From NCBI RefSeq assembly GCF_004010195.1, contig NC_057719.1:22064437-22124969 (forward strand): 60,533 bases of DNA, read 5' to 3'. The stretch comes from Chiloscyllium plagiosum. Its lineage: Eukaryota. Position numbers and translations under genes: made by a program. The notes below the pieces were generated by a model, which worked only from the letters and a program-made list of their open reading frames with translations, made no database searches and was not told the origin of the DNA. Every line of letters starts with the position of its first letter. The stretch's first letter is position 1. Below, in pieces: positions 22,262 through 34,810 of the stretch.

Positions 22262-23625
22262 TAGAACATAGAACATAGAAAAATATAGCGCAGTACAGGT
22301 CCTTTGGCCCTCGATGTTGCGCCGATCCAAGCCCACCTAACCTACACTAGCCCACTATCCTCCATATGCCTATCCAATGCCTGTTTAAATGCCCATAAAG
22401 AGGGAGAGTCCACCACTGCTACTGGCAGGGCATTCCATGAACTCACGACTCGCTGAGTAAAGAATCTACCCCTAACATCTGTCCTATACCTACCACCTCC
22501 AGTGCCTCCACATCCTTCCTATAGTATGGCGACCAAAACTGCACATAATATTCCAGATGCGGCCGTACCAGAGTCTTATACAACTGCATCATGACCTCAG
22601 GAGTCCGGAACTCAATTCCTCTACCAATAAAAGCCAGTACGCCATATGCCTTCCTCACCGCACTATTTACCTGGGTGGCAACTTTCAGAGATCTGTGTAC
22701 ATGGACACCAAGATCCCTCTGCTCATCCACACTACCAAGTATCCGACCATTAGCCCAGTACCCCATCTTTTTGTTATTCTTCCCAAAGTGAATCACCTCA
22801 CATTTAGCTACATTGAATTCCATTTGCCACCTTTCTGCCCAGCTCTGCAGCTTCTCTTTATCCTGCTGTAACCTGCCACATGCTTCCTCACTGTCAACAA
22901 CTCCTCCGACTTTTGTGTCATCCGCAAACTTGCTCACCCAACGTTCTAACCCCTCTTCCAGGTCATTTATAAAAATGACAAACAGCAATGGTCCCAAAAC
23001 AGATCCTTGCGGAACACCGCTAGTGACGGCACTCCATGAAGAAACTTTGCCATCAACTACTACCCTCTGTCTTCTTCCATCCCGCCAATTCCTAATCCAA
23101 ACCTCCAACTCACCCTCAATGCCATACCTCTGTATTTTTTGCAGTAGTCTACCATGGGGAACCTTATCAAACGCCTTACTAAAATCCATATACACCACAT
23201 CTACCGCTTTCCCCTTGTCCACCTCCTTAGTCACCTTCTCCAAGAATTCAATAAGGTTTGTGAGGCACGACTTGCCCTTCACAAAACCATGCTGACTATC
23301 CTTGAACACATTATTCCTTTCCAGATGTTCATAAATCCTATCCCTTACAATTCTCTCTAAGATTTTGCCCACAACAGAAGTGAGACTCACTGGCCTATAG
23401 TTACTAGGGTTATCCCTACTCCCCTTCTTGAACCACATTTGCTATCCTCCAGTCTTCTGGCACTATTCCTGTAGACAACGAGGACATAAAAATCAAGGCC
23501 AATGGCTCTGCAATCTCCTCCCTTGCTTCCCAGAGAATCCCAAGATAAATGCCATCAGGCCCAGGGGACTTATCTATTTTCACCCTTTCCAGAATTTCCA
23601 GCACCTCTTCCCTACATACCTCAAA
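22262..23625 (-). mobile_element. Young CR1 LINE with nearly full RT domain, 5'-truncated, with two internal deletions
   Basis: ORF 22443-23438 has [45 protein letters not shown]. Upstream is KSPGPDGI; the tail is (AGAACAT)n. Confidence 0.97.
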
Positions 23626-24111
23626 TTGTCAATAATTACATAATATAACAAGCAAGATTTAGGATAAATCATCCAGTTTATTACAATTGTTGCTATCCTC
23701 TCCATTAACTCTTCCTGTAATTTATGATGACTCATTGTAACCTTTACTCCCTCCCTCATCTTAGCGTAAAGTCAAATAGATAATGAACATGTAAATATTG
23801 CGATAATGGCAGTATTTTCAATGATCACGTTTATATTCTCAGAAATGTAAGTTTACATAATGTTCATATTGGCTGATTTAGTTAAGAGGCTACCACTGAA
23901 GCTGTTTTCTGATTAAATATGGGAACTCATCATCAAGTGCTACCATCCCAACAAGAAGATCAGGTCTCAGCAGCGCCACTGCTACTGGTGGCCATTGACC
24001 AGACTACAACAAAAGCCAGTGGGAGCCTTGATGACTGGGTATCATCAAAGCTGGGTCACCTCTTGTATTTGGAATCAGAAGCTACTTATCTCCAGTCATA
24101 ACAAATCTGTA

Positions 24112-25030
24112 TAAAGATATGCAGGCTAGGTCAATTGGCTGTGCTATATTGCCCATTGTGTGCAGGGTAGGTGGACTAGCAATGGGAAGTGTGAGGTTGC
24201 AGATTTAGACTTTATTGTCACCTGTACTCGCTGTACAGGAGTAGAGTGAAAGGTGTACAATATTGCCACAGACAGCACCAACTTAGGTACGAAGTTGTGT
24301 AGTTACACATTCTTAGGCACAAACTAGTAAAAGTAAGAAACAAAGTTACACGTTACTAACCGTCCTAGTATAAGCAGAAAATCTTTTTGAAACGTAATAG
24401 TTATCATTAAAGGCCTTCTTAATATAAACTAGAAAAATAGATAAATAATGTTCAAAGTTCAACAGCCATTCTTGAGAGCTTAGCCATAATGGGACCCCAA
24501 CCTCCTCCACTTAGCTCACACTCCAGTTGACATCAGCTGCCTGTTCCCGCTGTTGCAACCGCAGATACTGGGGGACCTCCCTCATCGCTTGCTCTGCCCA
24601 ATTCCAAATGACAAAATTCATGCTTTGGACCTGATGGAGCCATTTGCCACCGCCTGCTGCTAAAACTGCCACCTCCAATCTCCTCCTCCTGGCTCCAGAA
24701 CATGCCCAGGCATCACCCACACAGAGCCTCCGATTGCCGGGTGTGCGCTGGCCACCTGGTCATGCTGTTCAGTCTCTCTACACTGTACAGACTCACGTAA
24801 TCTAAGTAGAGTAGTGAAAGAGAAAAGAAAAATAAAGAGTGGGAAAAAAAACAGACAGAGCAGGGGTCCAGGTCGGAGGTCACACACTGCTCTCTGACTT
24901 CACCACGATTTTAGTTCTTGATAAGGTAAGGGGGTGAGTCTGGTGGGATGATCCTCTTCAGTAGGTTACTGTGGACTCAATGGGCTGAATGGCCTGCTTC
25001 CACACTGTAGGAATTCTGTGGCGCTATGAC
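24112..25030 (+). mobile_element. HE1-type SINE 3' half, split by an insertion (pieces ~24112-24202 and ~24920-25030)
   Basis: AAAGATATGCAGGCTAGG..ATTGCCC..GAGGTTGCAG resumes after the insert as GATAAGG..GTGGACTCAATGGGCTGAATGGCCTGCTTCCACACTGTAGGAATTCT. Confidence 0.8.
24203..24915 (-). mobile_element. Unclassified non-autonomous retroposon ending in GTGACAATAAA
   Basis: It interrupts a SINE. Its 3' end (TTTATTGTCA..ACAGGAGTA..TGAAA..TGTACAA..TTGCCA on +) is shared with 40345-40420, and in sense orientation with 56190-56245. Confidence 0.6.
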
Positions 25031-25039
25031 TGTTAAGTG

Positions 25040-25490
25040 ATCTTATGGCACAATCCCTCCTTCTGAGTCAGGAGACCTGTTTTAAGTTTTATCTGCTCCA
25101 GAGGTGTGTAATAGCATCTCTGAGCAAGTTGTTTAAAAATGTTCTGTATTGCACTTTCCAGCTTATAGATGTGTTAGTCTGAAAATGGACATCTTATGAG
25201 AATTTGGAAGCTTAGTAGACACAGAACAGGTTAGCACTTAGGACGATAGACTGCATATGGTATTCCCAGACAATGGTGGTGTCACTGTCAGACAGTCTCA
25301 GTTCAAGAGATACGCCAGGATGCAATACTTACATAGTGTATGTCATAATTTGTCCAAATAGATGGATTTAAAATTAATATTCTATCAATGGAGCTCTTGT
25401 GATAGTGTCCCTTCCTCTAAGCCAACAGATTCCAGTTCAAGTCTCACTGTCCAGAGAGTGTTGTATCATATCTGATCAGGTTGATTATGT
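25040..25490 (+). mobile_element. Cluster of 2-3 co-oriented short tRNA-like SINE copies
   Basis: ~25040-25140, ~25260-25375 (weak) and ~25390-25490 each resemble 53760-53872. Confidence 0.55.
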
Positions 25491-25671
25491 TATGGACAAA
25501 GGATCGTCTCTGGTAGGAGGTAGACATTCTAATTGTGTATGCTAATTCAGTTTGAGTTCAGTGCTAAGGTAATGAAGCTAACAGTAATGTGAGTTTAGTT
25601 TTAACTATAGCCTGAGATCTCACCAAGGACTCTCATGTAAATTAGAAGAAATGTAACTAGCTCCTAAAAAA

Positions 25672-26985
25672 AAGGTAAAGTTAACATAGTCTTACCAGGG
25701 CTGCTCACTCATTGGAAAGGGATGGCTGATCATAGTTTCACATGAGATCAGGAAAGGTGGTAAAGGAGTAATCTTCATGGTAAACTCAACCAGTGTCAGA
25801 ATCAAACACAAGCTTGTGTATGGGAGATCATGGCTCACAAACTTGTTAGAGTTCAGGGGGATCTGGCAAATTGGATACATAATGGTCAGAAGCAGAGAGT
25901 AGTAGTGGAAGCATGCTTGTTAGACTGGAGGCCTGTGACTAGTGGAGTGCCTCAGGGGTCAGTGCTGGGACCATTACTGTTTGGTATCTATATCAATGAT
26001 TTGGATGAGAATGTACAAGGCATGATTAGTAAGTTTGCAGGTGACATTAAAATAGGCGGGATCATGGACAGTGAGGAAAGTTATCAGAATTTCCAGCCTG
26101 ACCTTGATCAGCTGGGGAAGTTGGCCAAGAAATGACAAATGGAGTTTCATATAAATAAGTATGAAGTCTTGCATTTTATAAAGTCAAATCAAGGTAGGAG
26201 TTTCATCGTGAAGGATAGAGCCTTGAGAGGTGTAGTGGAACAGAGGGACCTTGAAGTTCAGGTGCACCGTTCTCTGAAAGTAAAGTCACAAGTAGACAGG
26301 GCAGTGAAGAAGACTTTTGGCACACTGGCCTTCATTGGTCAGGACACTGAGCATAGATGTTGGGAAGTTATGTTGCAGTTGTACAGGACATTGGTGAGGC
26401 TGGACTTGGAGTATTGTTTTCAGTTTTGGTCGCCTTGCTATCGGAAGGATGTTATTAAACTGGAAAGAGTGCAGAAGAAATCTACAAGAATGTTGTCAGG
26501 ACTCAGTGGTCTGAGTTATAGAGAGGGGTTGGGCAAGCGAGGACATTTTTCTTTAGAGTATAGGAGACTGAAGGGGAATCTTATGGAAGTGTATAAGATC
26601 ATGAGAGATATGGATAGGGTGGATGCACTCAGTCTTTTTCCCAGGGTTGGGAATCAAGGACTAGTGGGCATCAGTTTAAGGTTAGAGGGGAAAGAATAAA
26701 AGGCAACCTGAGGGGTAGCTTTTTTTACACAGAGAATGATATGCATATGGAATGAGCTGCCAGTGGAAATGGTTGAGGCAGATACATTAACAACATTTAA
26801 AAGGCATTGGAACAATCACATGGATAGAAGGGAATTGGGGTTAGTGTTGATGAACATTTCAGTCGGCATGGACCACTTTGGGCCAAAGCATCTGTCTCCA
26901 TGTTGTAGGACTCTATGGCTCTATGATAATCTCTTGGCATAACCCTGCATTGCAAACCAGCCATGCAGCCAACTGAGCTAACCAA
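25672..26985 (-). mobile_element. tRNA-derived SINE (pieces ~25672-25817 and ~26930-26985) split by a CR1 insertion
   Basis: Minus-strand head GGTTAGCTCAGTTGGCTGCATGGCTGGTTTGCAATGCAG (A box) lies right of the CR1. The B-box-like GTTTGATTCT and the tail GGTAAGACTATG..ACTTTACCTTT lie left of it. Confidence 0.6.
25818..26925 (+). mobile_element. CR1 LINE, RT to 3' end, degenerate
   Basis: [53 protein letters not shown]; tail GACTCTATGGCTCTATG. Confidence 0.95.
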
Positions 26986-27249
26986 TCCTCAGTTAGCAAC
27001 TAAGAACTATGTATTAAAAAATTCTGTTCACAAAGAATGAGGCTCACTCCTGCTCAAGTCCTGGAGTGAGAATCTTTCCCCATAATAATCAGAAGGATTG
27101 ATGGCAGCAATCTATCCAAAGAACTGCAGGTGGATCTGATAGCATGCCAAAGAACTGGTATCTGAAATATATTATATTGACAGTGGTATGGGTTTCATCA
27201 CATACTAACTTTCAGATTTTATTAACTGAAGTAAATTTTATTAATTGAA

Positions 27250-27598
27250 GGAGTGCCACAGTGGCACATTAGTTAGCATTACTGCCACAGGACTTATGAC
27301 CCAGGCTCAATTCCAGCCTCGACCAACTGTCTGTGTGGAGTTTGCACATTCTCCCCATGTCTACATGGGTTTCCTCCAGATGCCCCAGTTTCCTGCCACA
27401 GTCCAAAGATGTGCAAGTTAGGTGGACTGGCCATGGTAAATCACCCATAGGGTCCAGATTTGTGAAGGCTAAATGGATTAACAATGGGAAATATGGGGTT
27501 ATGAGGATGGGCTGGGGCTGGGTGGGATGTTCTTTAGAGGGTTGTTTCAGACTTGAAAGGCTGAATGGCCTCGATCTGCACTGTAGGGATACTGTGAT
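27250..27598 (+). mobile_element. HE1-type V-SINE, older copy
   Basis: GTGGCACA..GTTAGCATTACTGCC, TCAATTCCAGCC and the GTGTGGAGTTTGCACATTCTCCCCATGTCT core. Confidence 0.9.
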
Positions 27599-27599
27599 T

Positions 27600-27715
27600 G
27601 TAATCGAGTTTGAATTTAAATTCCACCAGCTACTATGGTGGGATTTGAACTCATACTCCCAAAGAATCGGCCGAGGCCTACTGGATTACAAATCTAGTGA
27701 CATTATCACTAGTTT
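27600..27715 (-). mobile_element. SINE head fragment (same family as 17335-17460)
   Basis: Reverse complement GTGATAATGTCACTAGATTTGTAATCCAG..GAGTTCAAATCCCACCATAG..GGTGGAATTTAAATTCA (B box GTTCAAATCC). Confidence 0.65.
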
Positions 27716-28971
27716 TTGCTACTAGTTCTTCAACATTCCTCTGTATTAGTAGGAAAATCAATCCCTTTGTCTGCACAAGCTCTTTGTTAATGCCTTTCAC
27801 AGATAATTTTGCAAAGTCTACATCATCAGATAAAAGATTTTGAATACTTTCTTAAATGCACTGGATTTCTCAATCTGCTATATAGCAAAAAGCATTCTCT
27901 GACAGCAGATAAAATATGAAGCAACTTATAATTATATAGATGTCACAAGTTATCTGCAACAGTGCTCTCCAGCTGGCAAAGTTTCCTTGACCTTTTCTTT
28001 GACAGAATGGGGGCTGTTGACAACTGTCAAGAGAGAAAAAATAACAAACCCTGGGATTGTGCACTTCGACCTGTTTGAGGTTTTTCTTGAAACAGGAATC
28101 AATTCTTATGAAAAGCTTTGCAGAGACATGTTTAAGAATGTATGGCTTCTGTGGGTTCCAATGAATGACAACTTGAAATAGGTTTGGTAATAAAGACACT
28201 CTGGGTTTCCTTCTATTTAAATAGGAGCTTCAAGAAGCTGAGTTAATTGTATGTTGATCTTCTAGTTTAGTTTTATTTTACAAATCTAATAATGTTAGCT
28301 TGGCAGTCTTCAAATTGATTTAGTTCTTCTGTAGAGCTTTATGATTACCAACATTGGCAAATAAAGCAGATTTCTCAGCTGCAACAAAACATTGATTGTA
28401 ATGCAAACGTGAAAACAATAAGCTTGTTCCATCTTTTCGTGTACAATTTACATCATAATGAAAAGTGATTGTTCAAGCTGCAGATCTTTCTTGACAGCAC
28501 AAAGTTGCTCATACAATCTACTGCATCATTTTGGCTGCAGTACTGATAATGGTTTTTGATGTTGGCTGTCTGAATGTCACCCACAACATGGCAGAGATCG
28601 GAAGCATGGGCTGCATGAGTAAAACAGTAAAAAGTTCTAAATGGCCATGTGATATTCGGGTCCGAGCACTCCACATGTTCACAAGCTATTAATTTTGCTG
28701 GGTTTTAAATGGATAGCCTCCATGAAAAGAAAGCAATGTCAAATTGTATAAATAAACGTTGTGCTTCCTCATTGTCACGTCAAGGCTAATACATTCAAGA
28801 ACGTTATTTCAGTAATGAGCATGGATCTTGCATCATAGCCAATTTTTTTTTTTCCCTGAGATGTTAATCAAAACTGAGGAATCAAGGATCAGGTTTAGGC
28901 ATCTCTTTGACTTCATAGAATTGGTGTTTAAGGCAACATGTCTTCAAATTGACAGATTGGACTTTTGGAAG

Positions 28972-29097
28972 CAGTGAGGTCTGCAGATGCTGGAGATCAG
29001 AGGTGAGAGTGTATTGCTGGAAAAGCACAGCAGGTCAGGCAGCATCTGAAGAGCAGGAAGATCGATGTCTCAGGCTGGAGCCCTTCATCAGGAATGA
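28972..29097 (-). mobile_element. PLE 3' tail fragment (family A) starting at a decayed hammerhead
   Basis: Minus strand ATTC-CTGATGA-A-GGGC-tcca-GCCT-GAGA-CATC-GAT followed by the family A tail. Confidence 0.85.
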
Positions 29098-29468
29098 GAA
29101 TGAACCTTTGTCAAAGCGGCATTGAACCTGAGACCTGGATCTTTGATTTTAGATCAAATTATCCAGGTGCATTTATTTTTAAAAACAACTGAATTTTGTC
29201 CCTGACATATTCTGAAGTATTTTACCAATCTGAGACCTTGTTATATTGAAAAGCCCCTCTGTTTTTGAACCATAATTCTGCATTGAGCAGTTGTAATGCA
29301 CTTTGAAGTGGAATGGAACATGAGTTAGGAATAAGAATAGGCCACTTGATCCCTCAAGCCAAATAGGATTATGGATGATTAGTTTGTAATCTCAGCTCAG
29401 CAATCATGCTTAGTTCTGATAACCTTCACCCCATGGTAAAACCTTGATGATTGGTAAGTGTGTATTTT

Positions 29469-30352
29469 ATGCAACTTGCAGATGATACGAAGATAGGTGG
29501 AGTTGTGGACAGTGAGGAGGGCTGTTGTCGGCTGCAGAGGGACTTAGATATGATGCAGAGCTGGGCTGAGGAGTGGCAGATGGAGTTCAACCCTGCCAAG
29601 TGTGAGGTTGTCCATTTTGGAAGAACAAATAAGAATGCGGAATACAGGGTTAATGGTAGGGTTCTTAGTCAGGTGGAGGAACAGAGGGATCTTGGGGTCT
29701 ATGTACATAGATCTTTGAAGGTTGCCACTCAGGTGGATAGAGTTTGTAAGAAGGCCTATGGAGTATTATCGTTCAGTAGCAGAGGGATTGAATTCAAGAG
29801 TCGTGAAGTGATGTTGCAGCTGTACAGGACTTTGGTTAGGCCACAGTTGGAGTACTGTGTGCAGTTCTGGTCGCCTCACTATAGGAAAGATGTGGAAGCT
29901 TTGGAGAGGGTGCAGAGAAGATTTACCAGGATGTTGCCTGGAATGGAGAGGAAGTCGTACGAGGATAGGTTGAGAGTTCTCGGCCTTTTCTCGTTGGAAC
30001 GGCGAAGGATGAGGGGTGACTTGATAGAGGTTTATAAGATGATCAGAGGAATAGATAGAGTAGACAGTCAGAAACTTTTTCCCCGGGTACAACAGAGTGT
30101 TACAAGGGGACATAAATATAAGGTGAAGGGTGGAAGGTATAGGGAAGATGTCAGGGGTGGGTTCTTTACCCAGAGAGTGGTGGGGGCATGGAATGCCCTG
30201 CCCGTGGGAGTGGTAGAGTCGGAATCATTGGCGACCTTTAAGCGGCATTTGGATAGGTACATGGATGGGTACTTAATCTAGGTTAGAAGTTCGGCACAAC
30301 ATCGTGGGCCGATGGGCCTGTTCTGTGCTGTATTGTTCTATGTTCTATGTTT
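29469..30352 (+). mobile_element. Young 5'-truncated CR1 LINE with an uninterrupted ORF2 C-terminal frame
   Basis: ORF 29451-30281 runs from ADDTKIGG to the natural stop with no disablement; tail (TATGTTC)n. Confidence 0.97.
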
Positions 30353-32269
30353 CTGGCAATCTCCTTCAAGTAAACTTTCATAGAGGACTGAATATTATTT
30401 ATTCCTGTGCTGGCAGAGTTGCACTGAGGTTTTTGTTTTGGAGAGCTTCTTTTCACACGGCCCAGCAAGACTTCTCAGCATATCTTCCCAAACATGACTC
30501 ATTAAGGACCTACTCCACCCTATGGCGTTCCTCGTATCCAGTTCTAGTCCATTTTACCACATGACCTCCTCAGAGCAACATGCCACTCAACAGATGACGC
30601 CAACCTTTTGGTGGATCTTTGCACCTGTGTTATCTATGTAAGCCCACAGTGCACTGGGACAAGCATTGGCAATCCAGTCAAGCCCTTCAAGGCAGTGTAA
30701 TGGCACAACAGCCATGAAGCCATGTTAACCACAACACATGGCTGACACTGTACAGTCAATGCAAACCCATTCTCAAACAATTAAAGTTTCCAATTAACTA
30801 GCAGGCCCTTCAGTTTGCTTGTCCTTAGATACATCCTATCTGAAGACCCTTTCTGTATCTCTGCCACTCTTTCCCCAATGCATACTGGACACCCACATCA
30901 TGTCACTGTCCAGTCAGAGAACATCAGATATAAGCAAACAATCAGCCAACTCCTAATGCCAGCTTTCATTGACAGCCAGTCAAAAAAAAGAGAGAATACA
31001 AGGGGGATTAATTAGACTGCAGTGGACACTCACAATGGAAAGAAAATGGTGGCATCTTGACCTGAACAGTCTATGATGGTCTTCTGTGCCCAGCTCACAT
31101 TTACTGGAATTGAGTGTCAATCAGACCCTATCTATATTGTAAATGTCCAATGCAGATGAATTCTGTTAAAAATGAAGTGAGCTTCATCCAACTCCAAAAC
31201 CTCATCCCTCTCTTTGGACAACTGTTCCCATTCCCCTGGCTCCTCAGCAACTATCACATTGTTTCATTGCTTGCTCCAATTGTGCAGAGTCCAGCACACC
31301 AATATGATGGGGCAAGTTCTGTCTGGACCATGGTGAAGGCCCTCTAGAATGCTCCACATTAATTCTGTGCCTTCAACAGCCACATTATCTCCATCACCTT
31401 GGTCTTCGTCATACAATGAACACTGCACTGGCATTACATCTAATCAGGAGTGTCTGCCAATATCTTTCCCATCCAGATACCCATCAACCATAAATCTCCT
31501 GCTTTCTGCTGCAGCCTTGACTATCTCACCATTTTAGCAGTAATACAGCTGCTGTCACTACAGAGCCCTTTGTATCAGCTTTAAGAATTGACAGACTGAT
31601 CCCAGGATCGTATTTTCTCTAGACCGCTAACCAATTTCAACAAGCAAACACGAGACCAGACCCCAGTAGCTATATTCCTGACTAATGATACGTGATTCCC
31701 CTGATTGCTGGTGCTTGTCCCTATTATTTAGATTATTGCCCACTCCCTGACTGCGGTCAGACAAATCCCTTGAAGATGAGTGTCCCAAGTAGATGACTGT
31801 TCATTGCCAAGACCCTGTGTACAGACTATGCCCCTGTCTGACTGTACTGGCACTGTCTGACTGTCAGCAGCACTGCCTTGACTGACTGAGGAGCACCCAC
31901 ATCCAGTTTCTGATGTGGCCATATGAAGGGTGTTTGCTGTGGAGGGAACTGGAACATACTGTAGGTATTAAATCGATGTCTCGGTGTGTTGTACTGCCAG
32001 AAATACTCCACTTTCCTCTGCAAGCTTCCCTACTGACAAGTCTGCCAAGCAGCCTCTCTGTATGTCTGCACAAAAGAGCATTTCAATCCAACAGTACCGA
32101 TAGCCTTTGATTTTAGCTGAAGCACTAAAGCGCCAATAGGGACAGTTCAGCAAGGCAAAGCATGGTTGCTGTGAGAACTCACGAAGGCACTAAGTCAGCG
32201 AGTGAGAACAAAGCAGCCCTGAGATGTAGCCTGGTTCAATCCATGAGCTGGGTGTCTACTCCTCAAACA

Positions 32270-32420
32270 AGTACAGTAAGGGAATGGAAGAATTTGGGAA
32301 GAATAAAGGACAGGAAAGTGGAGCTGAGGATTAATAGATCAATTGTGATATCACTGAATGGTGGAGCAGATGAAAATGAGCTGAATAGACTGCTTCTGCT
32401 CCTATGTCTTATTGTCTCAC
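32270..32420 (+). mobile_element. Old CR1 3' tail
   Basis: GGAAAGTGGAGCTGAGG..AGATC..TGAATGGTGGAGCAG..GCTGAATAGACTGCTTCTGCTCCTATGTCTTAT. Confidence 0.7.
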
Positions 32421-33039
32421 AGTCTTAGTTACATTAAAGGTTGCCAAATCTAGTTTAAAGAGTTTGAAACACATTTAAAGTAAAATATATTAAATAGGAA
32501 AGCTAATCAAAGGAACAAAAAAATCTTGAGGGAAATAAACTGAAGGAAAATATGCTAAAATATTTATGTTTTCCATTACATTTACATGATCAGTAAAATG
32601 GCAACTAGCCAGAAATATATTCTGCAGTTATGCACATTTACTTCTGAGCTAATAGCAGGAGAGCTCCAGTTCGCATGTTCTGATTCACCCAGCCAGACAA
32701 CAGCAATGTTTCATTGAGTTGTTCACAGACTTCACTCATCTTTTTGAATCTTCTAAGGAAACAAAAGAAGAGGAGTAATTTGTGAGTGTGTATGTAACAT
32801 TTATTGGGACCCCAATTACATCATAGAAAGGGCTTCTAAAATATTTCAAATACCAACATTCTTTAATGGTTAAAAATTTAGTAGATTTGTCCTGACCAGT
32901 CAATACTAAGAGTTGCCAGTGACAGATGCTTTTCCCATGTTGCTTAGGCTTTAAAGTTGACCAAGCGTTAAAGGCAAGTAGTTTCTAATTTCTCAACCCT
33001 AGTTCTAACTGGCTGACTAAATGGCAATATTTATGTCAG

Positions 33040-34810
33040 AGAATAACAACAAGAAGTTGAATGTCCTACCATTCAACAAGATCATGACTATGCTATGCAA
33101 GGTCTCAACTCCTCTTTTAAACCATTTCATTACAACCTTCAATTCCTAAATATTTCAATAATCTACCTCACTCCAATTTAAATACAACAATTTAACCTCC
33201 ACAAGTCTGGGTTGAGAATTCAGACATCCACTAATCTCTGGGAGAAAAAAAAAATATTTGTTTCTCAGATTTAAATATGTGATGTGTTCTTCTGCAACTA
33301 TGCCTCCATCCCCTTCCCCATTTCGAGATTCGCCCACTGGGGAAATCAACAATGGTATAGTATGCTCCTTATTCGCTACTAAATAATGCTACCAAAGGAG
33401 CACTGTATGTGGCACCAATGTTGGCAGATAAAGGTGAGGAAACATCAGTGTCGCAGAGTATTAGCAAAGAAAGAGGACCTTTGGTTAACCGTGCCTATGC
33501 CGGTCATCAAGCACCAATCGACTTTCATTTTATTTCAAAGTACAGGACATAGGAACATAGGGTCATTCAGCCCCTTGAGCCCATTATACCATTCAATGAG
33601 ATTATGGCTGAGCTGTGGCCTAACTACATATTCCTACCTTTTTCTGATATCACTTAAATGTTTGTTAAGCAAAGTTACTATCTCAAATTTAAATTATCAA
33701 CTGATCCAGCATCCACCACTGTTTGTGGGAAAGAGTTACAAACATCTACCATTCTGTCTATGTAGAAGTGGTTCCTAAAATCTCTCATGAATGGTCTGGC
33801 CCTAGTTCTGAGTTTGAACCGTACTCCCTGAACCCTGTTCCAGAAAACCAAACTTTAGAAAGAGTTTCTTCAACCCTTTTTCCTGTTAATATCTTGAAGA
33901 CTAGAATCAGATCACTCCTTTTACATTCCAACAAAAACAGACCTAGTATGTATGATTTCCCTTCATAACTTTCCCCTGAGGTCCACATATCATTCTTGTG
34001 AATCCACATTGCAATCCCACCAATATATCTTTCCTCAGGTGTAGAGCCCAGATCTGCTTGCAGTACGACCTTTAGCCTTGTATGCTATAATGTTTCAAGT
34101 GTTGATCTAAACACTTCTTAAAATGATGTGATGTTTCCCTTTGCTATCACCTAATCCTAAAGCCAGGAAATGAGTTCCAGAGAACTATCACCCTTTGGAT
34201 GAAAACACTTCTTCTTAATTCCTCCTCTAAAGCTCCTGCCCTGACTCAACTAAATGGCTGGTCTGCTAAGGGAAAAGATTTCATTCCCATCAATCTGCCT
34301 ATGCTCCCCATTTTGTAAATCTCATACAGGTCCCAATTGTCCTGCTCAACCCAAAGGAAAAGAAATCCAACCTATTTCATTTCTCTTTAATGGCTGAAAA
34401 GCCTACACAACATCCTGGTGAATTTCCTGTAATCAAAACCTTCCTATAGTGGTGACCAGAACTGCACCTTCAGCTGTGGTCTACCATCATAGCCCCTTTG
34501 TTCTTCTATTCAATGCCTTGACTAATAAAGACAAGTTATTAACCACTTTGTCGACCTGTCCTGCTTATTTCAAGCATCTATGGACATGTGCTCCACGGTT
34601 CCGCTGATCCTCTGTACTTTCCCACCATTCACCATGTACCCCCTTACCTTATCAATCCTTGCAAAAATGCATTATCTCAAACTTTTCATCAGTAAATTCC
34701 ATATCCCTATTCAGCCCATTTGACCAACCTGCCCACATCACCTTGTAGTCTAAAGCTTTCCTCTTCTCTATGTACCATACCACCAGTTTTTATGTCAGCT
34801 GTGAAATTAC
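33040..34810 (-). mobile_element. Stack of several decayed CR1 3'/RT fragments
   Basis: Tail ACATAGGAACATAGG at ~33548; YILGLFLLE..SDLILVFKILTG; GGTGACCAGAACTGCAC (= VQFWSP) at ~34451. Confidence 0.75.

Noticed and set aside
22557..23360. Plus-strand ORFs of 66-160 aa (and similar ones antisense to other CR1s and inside SINEs)
   Set aside because: Antisense shadows of CR1 RT or translations of repeats.
22250..23640. TSD for the young CR1 (ATTGCAGTAATTA vs ATTGTCAATAATTA)
   Set aside because: Too divergent for so young an insertion, and AT-rich enough to be chance.
30570..32260. Possible decayed Harbinger-like transposase region
   Set aside because: The composition suggests an old repeat, but I could read no convincing catalytic motif.
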